From Trichosphaerium sp. ATCC 40318 (Eukaryota > Protista > Tubulinea), in the NCBI GenBank assembly GCA_038496445.1, contig JALMLS010000594.1, positions 1 to 64,000 on the forward strand: DNA of 64,000 bases, given 5' to 3'. Shown in pieces: positions 26,527 to 38,891 of this stretch. Under the pieces are notes generated by a model. That model saw only the letters and a program-made list of their open reading frames with translations. It had not been told where the DNA came from and made no database searches. The translations under genes and the position numbers were made by a program. Numbering within the stretch: the stretch's first letter is position 1; every line of letters starts with the position of its first letter.

Positions 26527-27980
26527 ATGTCTTCTAGAAATACTATGTCTGAGCGTGAACCTTTTATACAGCGTATGGAAAAACGAAATGTACCTGAGCT
26601 AAACCCAGTATGCGATGAAGAGGGAACTACTGATGGAATAACAGAGTTATTCAAGGTATAGTTTAAGCAAGACAAAGATTTTATTATTCAAACGACACCT
26701 AGTGCTGTTTTTCTGTTCAAGGGTGCCTTGTCACTGCGTGTACTATGCCTTTTGCTTGCTTAGGGTGTGGTCCAGTTGTAATTGTAAACGAAGGACATAG
26801 AGCTGCTGTACTAAGACATGGAAAGTTCGTTAGAATGGTTCCACCTGGTATGCTTGTTTTGAAGAAAAAAATTTGTTGATGGATCAAAACAATCACGTGA
26901 TTTCCAAATTTTTTATTTATTGATTTATTCATAGGGACGTATCATCGTAACGTAGGCGTTGAGAAGTTTATTGTTAAGAGCATTCAAATCCAAACAGCGA
27001 TGATTCCTCAACAACGTGTTATTACAAAAGATAATGTTTCTGTGACTTTAGACGCTGTTTGTTTCTATCGTGTCGTTGGTGAGTACTCATTTCAGCACAT
27101 TTGCAATGTGATCTAATGCTATCAAAGACGTAAAGAAGGCTATATTCAATGTACAAGATTGTGACAAAGCGGTGAGAAACTTGGCACAATCAACGTAAGT
27201 GATATTGTTTAGCTGCAAACAAAACTAACAAATTACGATTTTTACTGAGCTTTATTTTTAGTCTAGAGACGCTCCTTGGTGAAAAAACACTTGCAGAACT
27301 CCTTACAGATCGACAAGTATGCCTTTAAACAAGAGAGTTCTTCTGAGTTTTGCGTAAAGCTAATTTGTTTCACTTAGGAACTGACACATCGAGTTGCTGA
27401 GTTACTCGATGAATCTTGCATGTCATGGGGTATTTTCTTTTTTCTAGTACTTTATTCCTTGACAATATTATCTAACATGATGATATCAAGGTGTTCACAT
27501 TGAAGCTTTAGAAGTTAGAGATATTAAAATGCCAGAACAAATGACACGTGTTATGGTATGTAACTTTTTTCTCTTGTTTTGGTTTTTATGATGTTTTAGG
27601 CGATTGTAGCAGAAGCAGAACGTGAAGGAGAAGCAAAAGTTGTATCTGCGAATGCTGAATTAAGAGCTGCAGCTACTTACGCTAAAGTACAAATACAAAA
27701 AACGTTTTATCTTTCAATTCCTATTTACTTCATCTAACGATATTACCCTCAAGGCAGCAGATGTCATGTCTCAGAATCCAGTGCTCTTCAGTTACGGTAT
27801 TTCCAAACACTACAAGAAATAGCTGTAAGTGATTTTACCCAGTATTCACGTGACCTCAGTCGAAATTAAGTTCGTAGTACATTAATTGTTCTTACAGTTC
27901 CGAAAAATGCTTCAGAGGCTTTCCAAAAGAGCCTCGATATGTCAGGCCAAGGATTCATGCTTAGAAGCCTTGTACAGTAA
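26527..27980 (+). CDS. Stomatin/band-7 (SPFH) protein
   Basis: QRVITKDNVSVTLDAVCFYRV, AEAEREGEAKVVSA, ALQLRYFQTL; apparent 1-nt indels near 26721 and 27781. Confidence 0.88.
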
Positions 27981-28703
27981 AGAATAAATAGATTTACAAA
28001 GTTTGCTATTGTTTTTCACTTAGAGGGCGTTGTAGAAACATTATATCAAAGCTTTGCAACTGCTGTCCAGATCTGACTCTTGGTTAGTTCTTACAGAACT
28101 GACAATTTTGAGAACGCAGTCAGTTATTGGCTTTAGGCCATGAATTTGCAGACGCCTCAATATATGGTCAGGCCAAGGATACTCATTAAGCTTAATAAGA
28201 ATTGTGTCAGCAAGCTTAGTACAGGCAACAAATAAGAAGTAATGCATTTAAAGCAACGCAAGTACTTCCGTATTTTCACATTACATAGACGGAGCAACAT
28301 TGCACTGAACCTTCACAGATCTGTTTAGCAAAAGTGACAAGGACAGATCCTTCTTAGATACTTTGGTCGCAAACTTGAATGATACGGACAATAGGCCTTT
28401 GCTCTAGAATTTGGAACCTCCTTCAAGACAGGCGGTGGAAGCTTCTCGATTCTTACAACTTCAACTGTCTTCCTACAAGCACAAACAAGGCAATTGCCTC
28501 AGTTTTTGATGGCAAACTAAGATAACTTTGCTAGAGTTTCAACCATTCTGGCAAGTTAATTTGGCTTTCGATACACTTTTAGGCATTCTTCGCTAGATTA
28601 TGAGCTGATTTGCTTTGTTTGCCAGTCGCTCTAGCAACGTCAAGACTGTTTTTGAAAAAATTGAAATTTCTCTTTGTCTGCAGAGTGGTAACCCTTTTTG
28701 AAC

Positions 28704-30304
28704 ATGCAAATGAGTCTGGGTGATACCCATGGGACATTAAACGCCCCAGAGCTATTGAAAGCGAACGATTTAGCGCCAACCATAAAATTCCGTATACAAG
28801 GCTTTGTTTTCTCTGTTATACAACACAGCGATGGATCTATAACCTTGGAAGCGACTTCAGTGCTAAATACGTATAAATTATTTGTTAAAACGGATGAAGA
28901 CGCTAAAGCGCTCTCAAATAACATATTACCCACTATAGACGCGTTAATAGCTTTTTTTAATAGCTATACAACAAATGTACGCTGTATCTCATAAAACTCT
29001 ATTAATCACGCATTAAAAGCATCATGTGGCTACCTTGGATATCAAGAAGGACGATAAAACCATCATACTGCTTATAACGATCATTGACGCTTTAAAAACT
29101 CCTAAAACATGTTCACTTACTCTTTCAACGCAATACCCTAATAGAGACATTAATCATGTGCGTATTTTGGCATTAGGTCCTTCTAACGTTTAAAAAAAAA
29201 AAGTGGCCCACGTGATTTAGGTTATAGAGGATTTGAGTAAACAAGTTTTTGATTCAGTTGATACTATCAATGATTTACAATGTGCTTTGGAAGATTCCTT
29301 GAAAAAAGTTGATGTATTGAAAGAGAAATTGGAGAGCGTCATTGGTACTTGGCGTTTTGATATAAAGTCCAAGCATCCTTCTATATCTATATTTCATAAT
29401 GGTACAGCAGTTAGTAAGTTTAAAGGACCAGGAGGTGAGTTTGGCGCTTAAACTTTACTCGGCTTTTTCTCATCACGAAAAAAGGTTGGTGCAGTGTTTT
29501 CGTTGATGGATCGTTCACAGATGGTATTCATCATATGGAGTACAAGTAATAGTATACTATAGTAGTTAATCTTATTGCTCATTGGTATTTTATATTCATT
29601 AGGATCGTACATACAGATGATAAGCGATTTATTCTGATCGGTGTTACATCAGAAAGTTTTATAAATGAAGAAAAACATGAGACGAATATAAGTCTTTATG
29701 GGAATGATGGTAAAGTATATAATCAAGGTAAACCAAATGATACAGGTCTTAGGCCTTTTGATAAAGGTACGTTTAAGGTAAACAAGGGTAGTATTCATAA
29801 AACAATATTTTTTCTTTTTTTCTCATTTTTTTCGACTTTCTGAATGATCATTTTTGCATGTGCCTCGGTTTGACTGTGGTTGGTTTGTTCACAAGTTGAT
29901 TAGTATACTAATTCGATGTTTTTCAAGGTGATTATGTTAGTGTTACACTGGATGTGAGACGTAGGATCGTTTCCTTTGGTGTTAATGGCGTTTTTTGCAA
30001 ACCGTATGAACTTAATAGCGGCGAGACTACTTTTAAATTTGCTGTATGCCTTCACAGTGTACAAGACTCGGTTGAAATGATACCACAATATTGTAAGTCA
30101 ACTTACGAACCAGTGGAATGAACGCAAAGATGCTACAATACAACGTCATTTTTTTAACGCTTGTTTTCTTCTAACCATTGATGCACACTATTTTTGATAT
30201 CGCAAAGGGCCCTTCATTTTACATGCACGTGTGTTGATATTTACATCAATTTTAGCTAATTTTTAGACGTAGGTTACAATGACGAGGTTCAGCTTGATTT
30301 ATGA
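28704..30304 (+). CDS. Protein with coiled coil and C-terminal SPRY/B30.2-like domain
   Basis: Spliced frame gives DGIHHMEYKI, ILIGV, SLYGNDGKVY, FDKGDYVSVTLDV..RIVSFGVNG, FAVCL. The 3' end is either 30304 (spliced) or ~30121. Confidence 0.7.
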
Positions 30305-30477
30305 AGATACTAAAGGGTATTGATATTGGTGCTCTCGTACTTTACTAGCGTTACCTCTGAGCGAGAATTGCTATTTGCAAATGGCGTAATGGTATGTTTA
30401 ATCTCCTACAGTGCTAATTCCATATTTCTGACCCTGCTGGAGCGGATTAGTCGGTGGTCGTCATTTCATCATCGTAT

Positions 30478-30559
30478 GACACGATGTCCGAGTGGTTAAG
30501 GAGATAGACTTGAAATCTATTGGGCTCTGCCCGCGCAGGTTCAAATCCTGCTCGTGTCG
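30478..30559 (+). tRNA. tRNA-Ser (anticodon UGA)
   Basis: Acceptor stem GACACGA/TCGTGTC, D-loop GAGTGGTTAAG, anticodon loop CTTGAAA, long variable arm GGGCTCTGCCC, GGTTCAAATCC; T-runs follow. Confidence 0.97.
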
Positions 30560-30674
30560 AATAACCTTTTGTTTTGGCTGTATTCAGTCGCTTTAACAGT
30601 CAGGCGTATTTTTTAGGTATTTGTTTATTTACAGGTGTATTTATAGTACAATGTCAACTAGAAAATCCTTCTGG

Positions 30675-32008
30675 TCAATAATTTAAGCTGGCTAAAAAAC
30701 AAATAAATCAAACATTTTGTGGAAGAAGATAGTACTTTTGCATTGATCGTTTATACATTGAACCAAACTTTTCGGACTCCCAATTTATCTGTGGGTAACA
30801 TAACGCAAGAGCGTTAGGTAAGAATGGTATAAAACCTGATGCACCAGCTTTAAGTATTTGCACAGTAGATATACGATACCTACATGCTAGGGTAAATATT
30901 GAACTGATGATAAAAACTGTTTCAAACGCTGTGTACCACTCGGCAATATCCTTAATTCCTAGGTAGTCTTCAACGCTCTTTATAAAATCAATACCATTTA
31001 CGTTATTCTTCCAATACCCTTGTGGGTATGACCTGAAATACGTTAGGCTTTAACTACAATATTCAACAAAAACTCACTTAAATTTCCGAAGATCCCATTG
31101 AAAATCAGGATACAGTGCTCTGTATGTATTCCACGCTGAGTGTCCATATCTAGGTATGAAACGTCATTAATTTAATAGCAATAATGAGTTGATCAGATAC
31201 CTTCCAAGAAGTGTTACACCGCCTTTCTCTATTATTGTATTAACATCAATATAATGCAAGTCGTCTAATGTTTTTGCATTACACTCCTTTGATAGATCGT
31301 TTAAGTACATTCTTTGATTATAAATATCTGACCAATAACCTTTAGGAACCGACCTATTCTTTAATTAACTAATACTATCTAACCATTTAAAGCACGCTCA
31401 GTAAACACCGAACAAAAAGTTGGGAATCCAAAGATTTTTTTGCTTCTTTGTTTGTGTTCGTACTTAAACCGCCATCTCTTCCATTTATAGTATGGGTACA
31501 TCGTTTCTATAGCCTCTGCTGGAGATGCATTGAACCTAAAATTAAGTTAAACTTAGCACTCAATGAGTAAAATAGAATCACAGTAAATTATCCTCAAAAG
31601 TTACTTACACAACTTTAAATATAGATGTCTTTTGTTCTAAAAACACACGTGATTGTGCGATATCATACCAATCATCCAAAACCATCACACGCGACTCTTG
31701 AGCCAGTGCATTAATAAACTTTCTTTGGTTCCTCTTCGATTTCCAATGTTCTTTGGGCACAGTACTGAAACAACAAAGTCAGAACTTTAACTTCAGTTTA
31801 CGGTACTTGTAACTCTTTATAAACGTACGCAAACTTCCACATATGCCACAGGTGTTCTGGATAAGCTCGTTTTATTGCCATTGAGAGACTTCCATGACTT
31901 TGAATAAAGTGTCAGCCTCAAAATGGTTCATGTGCGTAGTTATGATCATTGAAGGCGTTTAAAAGTGTATAAACTCGTACACTCTCTGAATCGCTTGAAG
32001 AGCGCCAT
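30675..32008 (-). CDS. Protein of ~65-70-aa repeats (P.GYW...N...F/Y...DW...GG..LL..Y...YP...W..WKF), possibly organelle-targeted; frame disrupted
   Basis: Repeats VPKEHWKSKRNQRKF, VPKGYWSDIYNQRMY and YPQGYWKNNVNG in successive exons; basic N-terminus MALFKRFRE; frame problems in exon 2. Confidence 0.55.
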
Positions 32009-32419
32009 TTCGCGTAAAATCTGTAAAATTTACGCTATACCAATCATCTAGGTGTTTATATCCGTGTTTAGCGCCGAACTTGTCAAAAAGTCGACGATGA
32101 TGCTGAATTATCTCATGGGGTACTTTTTTAACCTCCTAGCAACGATCAGGTACAACCAAACAGAGAAATACGCGAAATCAGCGATAATTTTAACCGTCAA
32201 CGCCGCGTTAGTACAACGCGTACCTTTTCACTGCGTCTACCGGGTTGTTTTACTATGTGATTGCGTTCTGTAAACAAAGTACGGTTTGGAGCAAGTAGTT
32301 TACGTCTTGAAACCTTCATTACGCGTTGCACCAACGCTCATAGCATTACACGAAGAATTAAAAAGCCAAAAAAAAGCCTCCTTAACTCTACAAGAATGTA
32401 GTTCATTCTAATTACTGTT

Positions 32420-33106
32420 TTACATGTTTTTACTCTGATCTACAGCGTCGTAGTGCATTGGTACTAGCTCTGTTACAAGTCTTGAAGATTCAGTTAGCAC
32501 GTGAGGTTCTTTTTGTCCTTTAGCGTTGTTAAGAGATATAACTATAACGACTACAAAGAAGTGTTGTAAGCGTTACGTTGTACTGTATGGATCTTTGTTT
32601 TAAATGATCTACGCACTCAATACAGCAGCTATTATCCCGAGAACAATAAGTACCAAAGCTACTACCTCAGCTACAGTACAGCATTAAAGAGTGGAATTAT
32701 TAGGCAATTTTTTTTTTTTGGAGCAATCTCTCCAATAGTATGCCGATAATGACTATAAAATCGTACCTACAGTATCGAAATTATCATCAGCACGTTCTGA
32801 GCTGCTTAATTTCCCTGTCCATTCGCAACCAGTTTGTAAACGGCATTTCGCATCACCTACTGTTTAATAATCAATACTGATAGTCCTACCGTTATACTAT
32901 CGCGTACGGTATACACCACAGAGCGTTGCTTCGCCAGAACAAACAGTGGTTGCTGTACTCCATCTACAACCATCTTGAAGAGCGCATTGCTGTCTAGCGC
33001 TAAATTCTGAACATGAAACGGGTTCTCCATTGCAATCAACAGCTACATTTGCTATACTCGCTACTACCAAAAGTAGTAACACGAAGCACGTGATAATAGA
33101 GCTCAT
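32420..33106 (-). CDS. Small type I membrane protein with Cys-rich (C...GC.W) ectodomain repeats
   Basis: Signal peptide; CALQDGCRW and CRLQTGCEW repeats; TM segment VVALVLIVLGIIAAV..VVIVISL; short cytoplasmic tail. Confidence 0.7.
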
Positions 33107-33752
33107 AGATAGTTTATAGTAGTCGCAGTACTTAAAAATAGTCTAAAGTAGTCTTTAGTGTTAAATTTTCTTATCACGTGTTAGTATATTTATTGTTATA
33201 AAAAATGCAAGTTTTCCACATTGCGGATTGTGGCGAGCAAAATAGCAAGTGCGAATGGGCGAAAATGGAAAACCTGTTTTTGAGATACAGAACTATTTAG
33301 TAGCATTCGAAGGCAAGGCGCAACTTTGGTGGCAGAGAGAAGAGCAATCAAGGGATGCTCAAAGATCGTTTTATAGTATGACGTTTCCTTTGCAACTGTT
33401 TAGAAATAGATGGTACAGGTACCTCTTGAATGCCCTTTGTGCATCTCTATCATATTGGTAAGGTAAAAATAAAGTTGTACACTTTACGCAGAACACAAAA
33501 GACAAAAGCACAAGTAAATCTAAAAATAGAATAAAATCCTGGTACGTGTCTTTCTTTAACCGTCAAGGGTATCCACCGTTTGTTAGTGTCGTAGAGAACC
33601 GCTATAAAACGTACATACACGCTCTATTCAGAGTAAGGGCCTTATACGACAGAGATGATGCTCCTTCAAAAACAATGTGTTTTCTCTGTCTATGCCAACA
33701 AAATATGGAAATAGAAATCGTGTCAAAGCTTTTCAAGCCAAAGAAAAGCACC

Positions 33753-34791
33753 ATGACTCCCCTAAAAATAGTTTTGGTAGGAGGAGGAGCTGTAGGTATG
33801 TAGTAGGATACATAGGTTTGCTTTTTTATGCAGATTACAGGTAAAACGTGCTTAGTGTCTCAGTACACTAGTGGCACTCTTCCGAAATTTAATGGTAACT
33901 CTTTTTGATCTTCTTAATACTTTTTGTGTTTATTCGTAAATATAGTACCAACAATCTCTGAAACGCACAAGTAAGTTGTCTCTGTAACATTTTGCATACA
34001 ACTGATGCATTAAAATGGTTAACCGATAAATGCCAGTTTCACGTTCCAATTGAAAATAAATCTTTATTTACAACCTTCTATTTAGCTTTAGTGCAATGGT
34101 TTTAGGCAAAAATGTGGACTTAGGTTTGTACTAGTATACTATTATTCTGTTGATGTTGTTTCTACAGTTATTGTGGATACAGGCGGTACTGGGGAGTTTG
34201 ATAGACAGAGACCATCACTATATACAGTACTGTTTTTTGTATTTTTGTCATGGTACAGTCAGTATCTCAGATTGAATACAGGAGAGTGATGTGGTAGTAC
34301 TATGTTTTGGAATCGATTGTAAAGCAAGTTTTGAAAATGTGGATGCGAAGGTATGTGGATTTATTGTTTGTTTATAAATTGGTTAATTCTACCTGTATTT
34401 AGTGGCTACCAGAAGTATGCCAGAATTGCAATGTTGGCGTACCTATTATTCTTGTTGGCGTGAAACCTGACACAAGAACATTGAAGCAGACTGATGGAAG
34501 TGCTTGTGATTGTGTAACAAAAGATGAAGCAAAAAAGATAGCAATGAAAATAGGCGTATGTTGCTGCACTATGTTCTTGTTTTTGTATTACATGTTAACA
34601 TGACTAGGCTCATTCATATGTAGAGTGCTGTAATATTACTGGGGAAGGTGTTAAAGAAGGTATGTTACTATTGTTTATAATCTGTATTCTAACTTGATTG
34701 TGAAGTCTTTTTTGAAGCAATATATGCAGCATGGGTATCAAAAGGATTTTTTCATTGTAGTACAAAAGAAAAACATTGTATTCAAATGTAA
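33753..34791 (+). CDS. Atypical Rho/Rac-family GTPase
   Basis: KIVLVGGGAVGKTCL, VPT, DTGG, RPSLY, SFENV..KWLPEV, PIILVG.K.D, CaaX CIQM; alternative start at 33705. Confidence 0.88.
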
Positions 34792-35166
34792 TAAATTATG
34801 CACGTGACGCATTCAGTGTTGAACAACTTTGCACCATGTCTTTTTACCCTTTTCTTGTTGTCCGTGCTGTTTGGAGTGGTACACTTGGTTTTCCGTATCT
34901 ACAACGTACACATGATCAAGTGATTCCAAGTTATAGTACAACTTAATATACCTTCTATGTGAAGTGCATTAACAATGTGTGCTTAATAGTGTTTTATGAG
35001 AAGCAAGTTTTTCCAATTGGCATGCTTACAAGATTAGGAGACTAACACAATACCTTTGAATACATGAGTATTATTGATAGTGTGTCTTGTGAGCCGAACT
35101 TAACCTGGCATTAATAAGTTCCTTAGAGGAACTCAGCTTAAGTTTATTCAATGCGCATTAATTACA

Positions 35167-35559
35167 ATGGCCAAGGCTGTAATAACGCTTAATAAACTGC
35201 AAGATTGTCCGTATGCGAAGGATAAGAACCACAGAGGTTGTTGGGGTAAAACATCGTTTGGTACTCTTAGATACAATGGAAAGTCTGTAATTTGCAACGC
35301 CAGTGGCAATAGGCGCTATAAGATGGACGTAACAGTAAATTCGAGCAACTGTTATGTAAATAAACGCTCAAACGAGTTCAATGTTGACATGCCTTACGCT
35401 GTTGGTCCAGTAGAGTGGAAAACAGGCGTATACATACACTCTTACCCCTTACAGTGCTCAGCAGGATGTATACACCTTAAATCTTCAGATGCAAGGCAAT
35501 TTCATGATTGGGTAGCTTCTAAACCAAAAGTAAGAATTGTCGTTTCAAGCACGTGGTAA
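35167..35559 (+). CDS. Stand-alone L,D-transpeptidase (YkuD-fold) catalytic domain protein, intronless
   Basis: MPYAV...GVYIH...SAGCIHL...DA..F.DWV....RIVV matches the YkuD His/Cys catalytic signature. Confidence 0.75.
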   Translation: MAKAVITLNKLQDCPYAKDKNHRGCWGKTSFGTLRYNGKSVICNASGNRRYKMDVTVNSSNCYVNKRSNEFNVDMPYAVGPVEWKTGVYIHSYPLQCSAGCIHLKSSDARQFHDWVASKPKVRIVVSSTW

Positions 35560-35855
35560 TATGTAAAAAATAAAAATCAGTTGAACAAAAAAAGTAGTTA
35601 GTTACATACTTGACGACTAAATTAGTGTCAGAATAAGAACGTCTGGCTATTGTTAGTGTGGGAGGTGTAGCTAACAGTAACACCAAAAGGCGGTCGACCA
35701 CTTCCGTACATAGATGTTAAACGACTAGTACCTCGTGACTTCAAATGACTTAATGTAGACTCTAGCATACCTTAAATACATATAGCAAGTACAGCACTTT
35801 TTGAAACATACAAAAACAATGCTGATTGCAGAAAAATATATTGTTTATTTTAATC

Positions 35856-38396
35856 TTAAAATGTAGATTTTGAGTTTGTGATAGGACACCATCGTGATAC
35901 TTCCAAGTATTGAAGTAACAGAGCCATTGCTTTTTCACTTTTCATTCTTCTTAAAGCCATCATAGCATATGCTTGAACATATCTATTACTATCCATGAGC
36001 CTCTCACAAAGTCCTTTGGCACAACTATCAGGTATCCAAGGACCTATACGAGCTAAACTCAATGCAGCTGTAAACCGAATTTGATCATCTGTATCAACAA
36101 GTCGCTCCATCAGTGGAGCAGTAACATTCTACAAATAAAGTTTAAAACTGTTTTTTTAATACCTTTGCTTACCTCTGCTGTCTTTTCTGTCGATGCTATA
36201 ATGCCCATGGCTTCTGTAATATATAATCTCGTTACTGGGTCTCTAATGGGTACGTAAGACACGGTGTTATATGGTAAAGACAGCGCCTAATGTACCCATG
36301 TTTTGATAGTTTTATAAGTCTAGGTAGCGCAGATATAGCTTCTTTACCATATTCTGTTAAAATGTAGATAACGTGTATCCTTGCCACTGGTTTCAAGAGT
36401 AAATTTAGAAGCTCTTTCATAATAAGACTTGGTCTTGGGTGTGCCATTAATCCCATAGTAGCGCAAATACGCATTTCTAGATCTATTTTTCGGAATCAAA
36501 ATTAGTGCTTGTAGCAAGATAAACTAGTTATAAAACGATAACACAATGTCAGAAGCCTACACCACAAGTATATGGAGAATTGCGGCGCTCATAAATACTT
36601 GGAATAAAAAAGCCAACTGCAAAAACAAGAAAGAAAGAAAAGATTAAGAAAATATAGACTAAAAAAGGTTTTAGGGCGAACATAAAAATTACCTTTGCTG
36701 GTTAGTAATGAAAGTAATTCACTTGATTCTTCTCTCAGCCCGAGACTATATGATGCATGATATCTTTCAGCTTCAACAGGACCACTCAATGCTTCTAATA
36801 GCTCGTTTTTCTTTGCATCTGTCAAGGTACTTGTTGGACAGTTCCGGCAAGATCCACGCAACCAAAGCCATAAGTAGTATGCTGCAGGTGCTACCATACG
36901 CTCCTAAAATGATCCATTAACAAAAACGTCTTCATCAGCGAGTAGTGATGAAGAAAGATGAGAACGGTTTAATGAGGACTAGTTTGTGAATCAAAGTTTG
37001 AAGCTTGTTTTTTGATCCAGTATCTCGGGTTACGTATTACTCTATTAAAATCTGTCTGGTACGCACTCTGTATAGTTTTGGTGTATATGTCCACTTATCT
37101 GACTTAGTATTCCACGTAGGTTCTGTAGGTTCTTCCATTCTCATAAACTCAAATTTAAACATATATCTTGTAGAAGTGCTTATATTAGCTGATCCTCGGT
37201 GTATAATATCAAAGTGTATGAAGACTAACACGTGTTTAGTTAATATTTTAGTGTTGCTTAAAAACGTTATGCGATTGTACCAACGCTTCCAGCAGGTACT
37301 GTAACAAGTAGGTCTTGATCCGCTTTACTCTAATAAATGTGGTAAGTCTTTTTCAAAGTTTGTTTGCACTTGTTTTGCATTGTGTTTGAGGTGCTAGTGT
37401 ACCTTACTATAAGCATTTGGTAGTTTTCCTTTATAGTATTTTGGATCTAAACTAAAGTACTGGGTACATGGTTTCAAACCGGTCGGCCCATTACTCTTAT
37501 TTACAGCTAGAAAAAGTAAGAAAAAATATGGATATTACTAGCGAAGGAGCGCTCTCATACCTTGTGGGTAGTACATGCCCATTACATAACGCAACGAATT
37601 ATACCTAATTGGCCTGCGGTATCCCCAGTAACTATCCTAAAAACTATCAATCAAGGTACGCTCACGGTCCAAACAAACAAAAAGCAAAACAATAAACTTA
37701 GTAAAACAACATACACGATGCCAGCGTTGTGAGTTGAAACCAGGAGAAGGATTATGACAATGACGGTGAGGATGCTTAATTCAATTGCAGTTAGCACTCG
37801 TAAATATGACGAGGAAATGCGTAAATGCGTGTACCATTTCATAGTTTTTTCCAACTAGACTTTGTAAAGCGCCTTTCACTACTGGATCTTCGTATACCTT
37901 TAACACGTGAGACGAATTTAATTGCACGTGATGCATTTAAACATACTTGATTAAGCATAGGAAGCGCAGGTAGAATATTATTGCCAGGGTTACCACTCCG
38001 TACCTCAAACACTGAATTTTATGTCAGTAAAAACGTAAACTGTTGGCCTTCTAGTGAGCTTTCTAAAAGCGCGTAAATACGCTTACCTTTGCCTGTTTCT
38101 TCGTATAGCGTATCATGAAAGCTTTTGGGGAGCTTTGGTTGTACTATAAGGTATCCTTGAACGAGAAACTGTTGAACTTGCTCGTCAGTGAGTAAAATAG
38201 GCTCAGGAACGTCAGGAAGTATATTAGTTCCTTAAATTAGTCGTTTAGATACAAGTACAAGTTACTTTGACATACCAACGAATGATTTATCTTTACATCG
38301 AGCCTGTGGGGTCCCTATTCTGCCTTTATTGGCTTTTCCTCCATCTTTGTTTACTCCCTTCTGTCTTAGGTGTCTGGGAATGTATTGAGCGCTCAT
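35856..38396 (-). CDS. Phytanoyl-CoA dioxygenase (PhyH)-family 2OG-Fe(II) oxygenase fused to HEAT repeats
   Basis: LLTDEQVQQFLVQGYL, WH-D iron ligand split by an intron, YYPQ..NGPT, HFDIIHRGSAN...RYMFKF; C-terminal HEAT repeats (RFTAALSLARIG, YVQAYAMMALRRM). Confidence 0.85.
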
Positions 38397-38891
38397 TGGT
38401 ATTGTACGTGAGGACAAGTGGAAACGAGTATGAAACTAGAAAATTTTCTGAAATTGTTACAACACATTCAGTGAATATATATACACATACAAAATAGATT
38501 CGTGATGTTGTGGCGATTTCTTTTACAAAAGTAATTCAGCCAATCCGTACAATATAGTGGCAGCTCATATTGTGTCCACTATAAAGTTTGTACACTGCTA
38601 TGTATAATTGTCACGGTTCTGTTGTTTTTAAATACAAACAATTTCGGTGAGAAAGTTCGCTGAGCAAGCCTCTCGGCTTAGTACAGAGCATGTACGATCC
38701 ATTCACGCTTTAATGATGTACTAAATACATTTGAGGAAAACCAGAGAGCATTTATAGTTCACAATGATGTTTATTGTACAACGGCAAATTGTATTCTCAA
38801 ATTGCATTCAAAAAAAAATAACTTAATCATCTCGAGAACCCTCACTGCAACAATCAAACACGTTCGTTTCATTTCTTGCTTGGTATTTAGT

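Noticed and set aside
28041-28620. Possible minus-strand gene (68-aa ORF plus a Cys/His-rich block)
   Set aside because: I could not assemble a consistent spliced frame or recognise a domain.
30275-30470. Possible C/D snoRNA or other ncRNA upstream of tRNA-Ser (ATGACGA...CTGA; AATGACGA/TCGTCATT pairing)
   Set aside because: The 5' part is better explained as the last exon of the SPRY gene (YNDEVQLDL*), and no convincing rRNA guide was recognised.
30478-30559. tRNA-Sec or opal suppressor because TGA appears in the anticodon loop
   Set aside because: Anticodon UGA reads UCA (Ser); Sec needs anticodon UCA and a longer acceptor arm.
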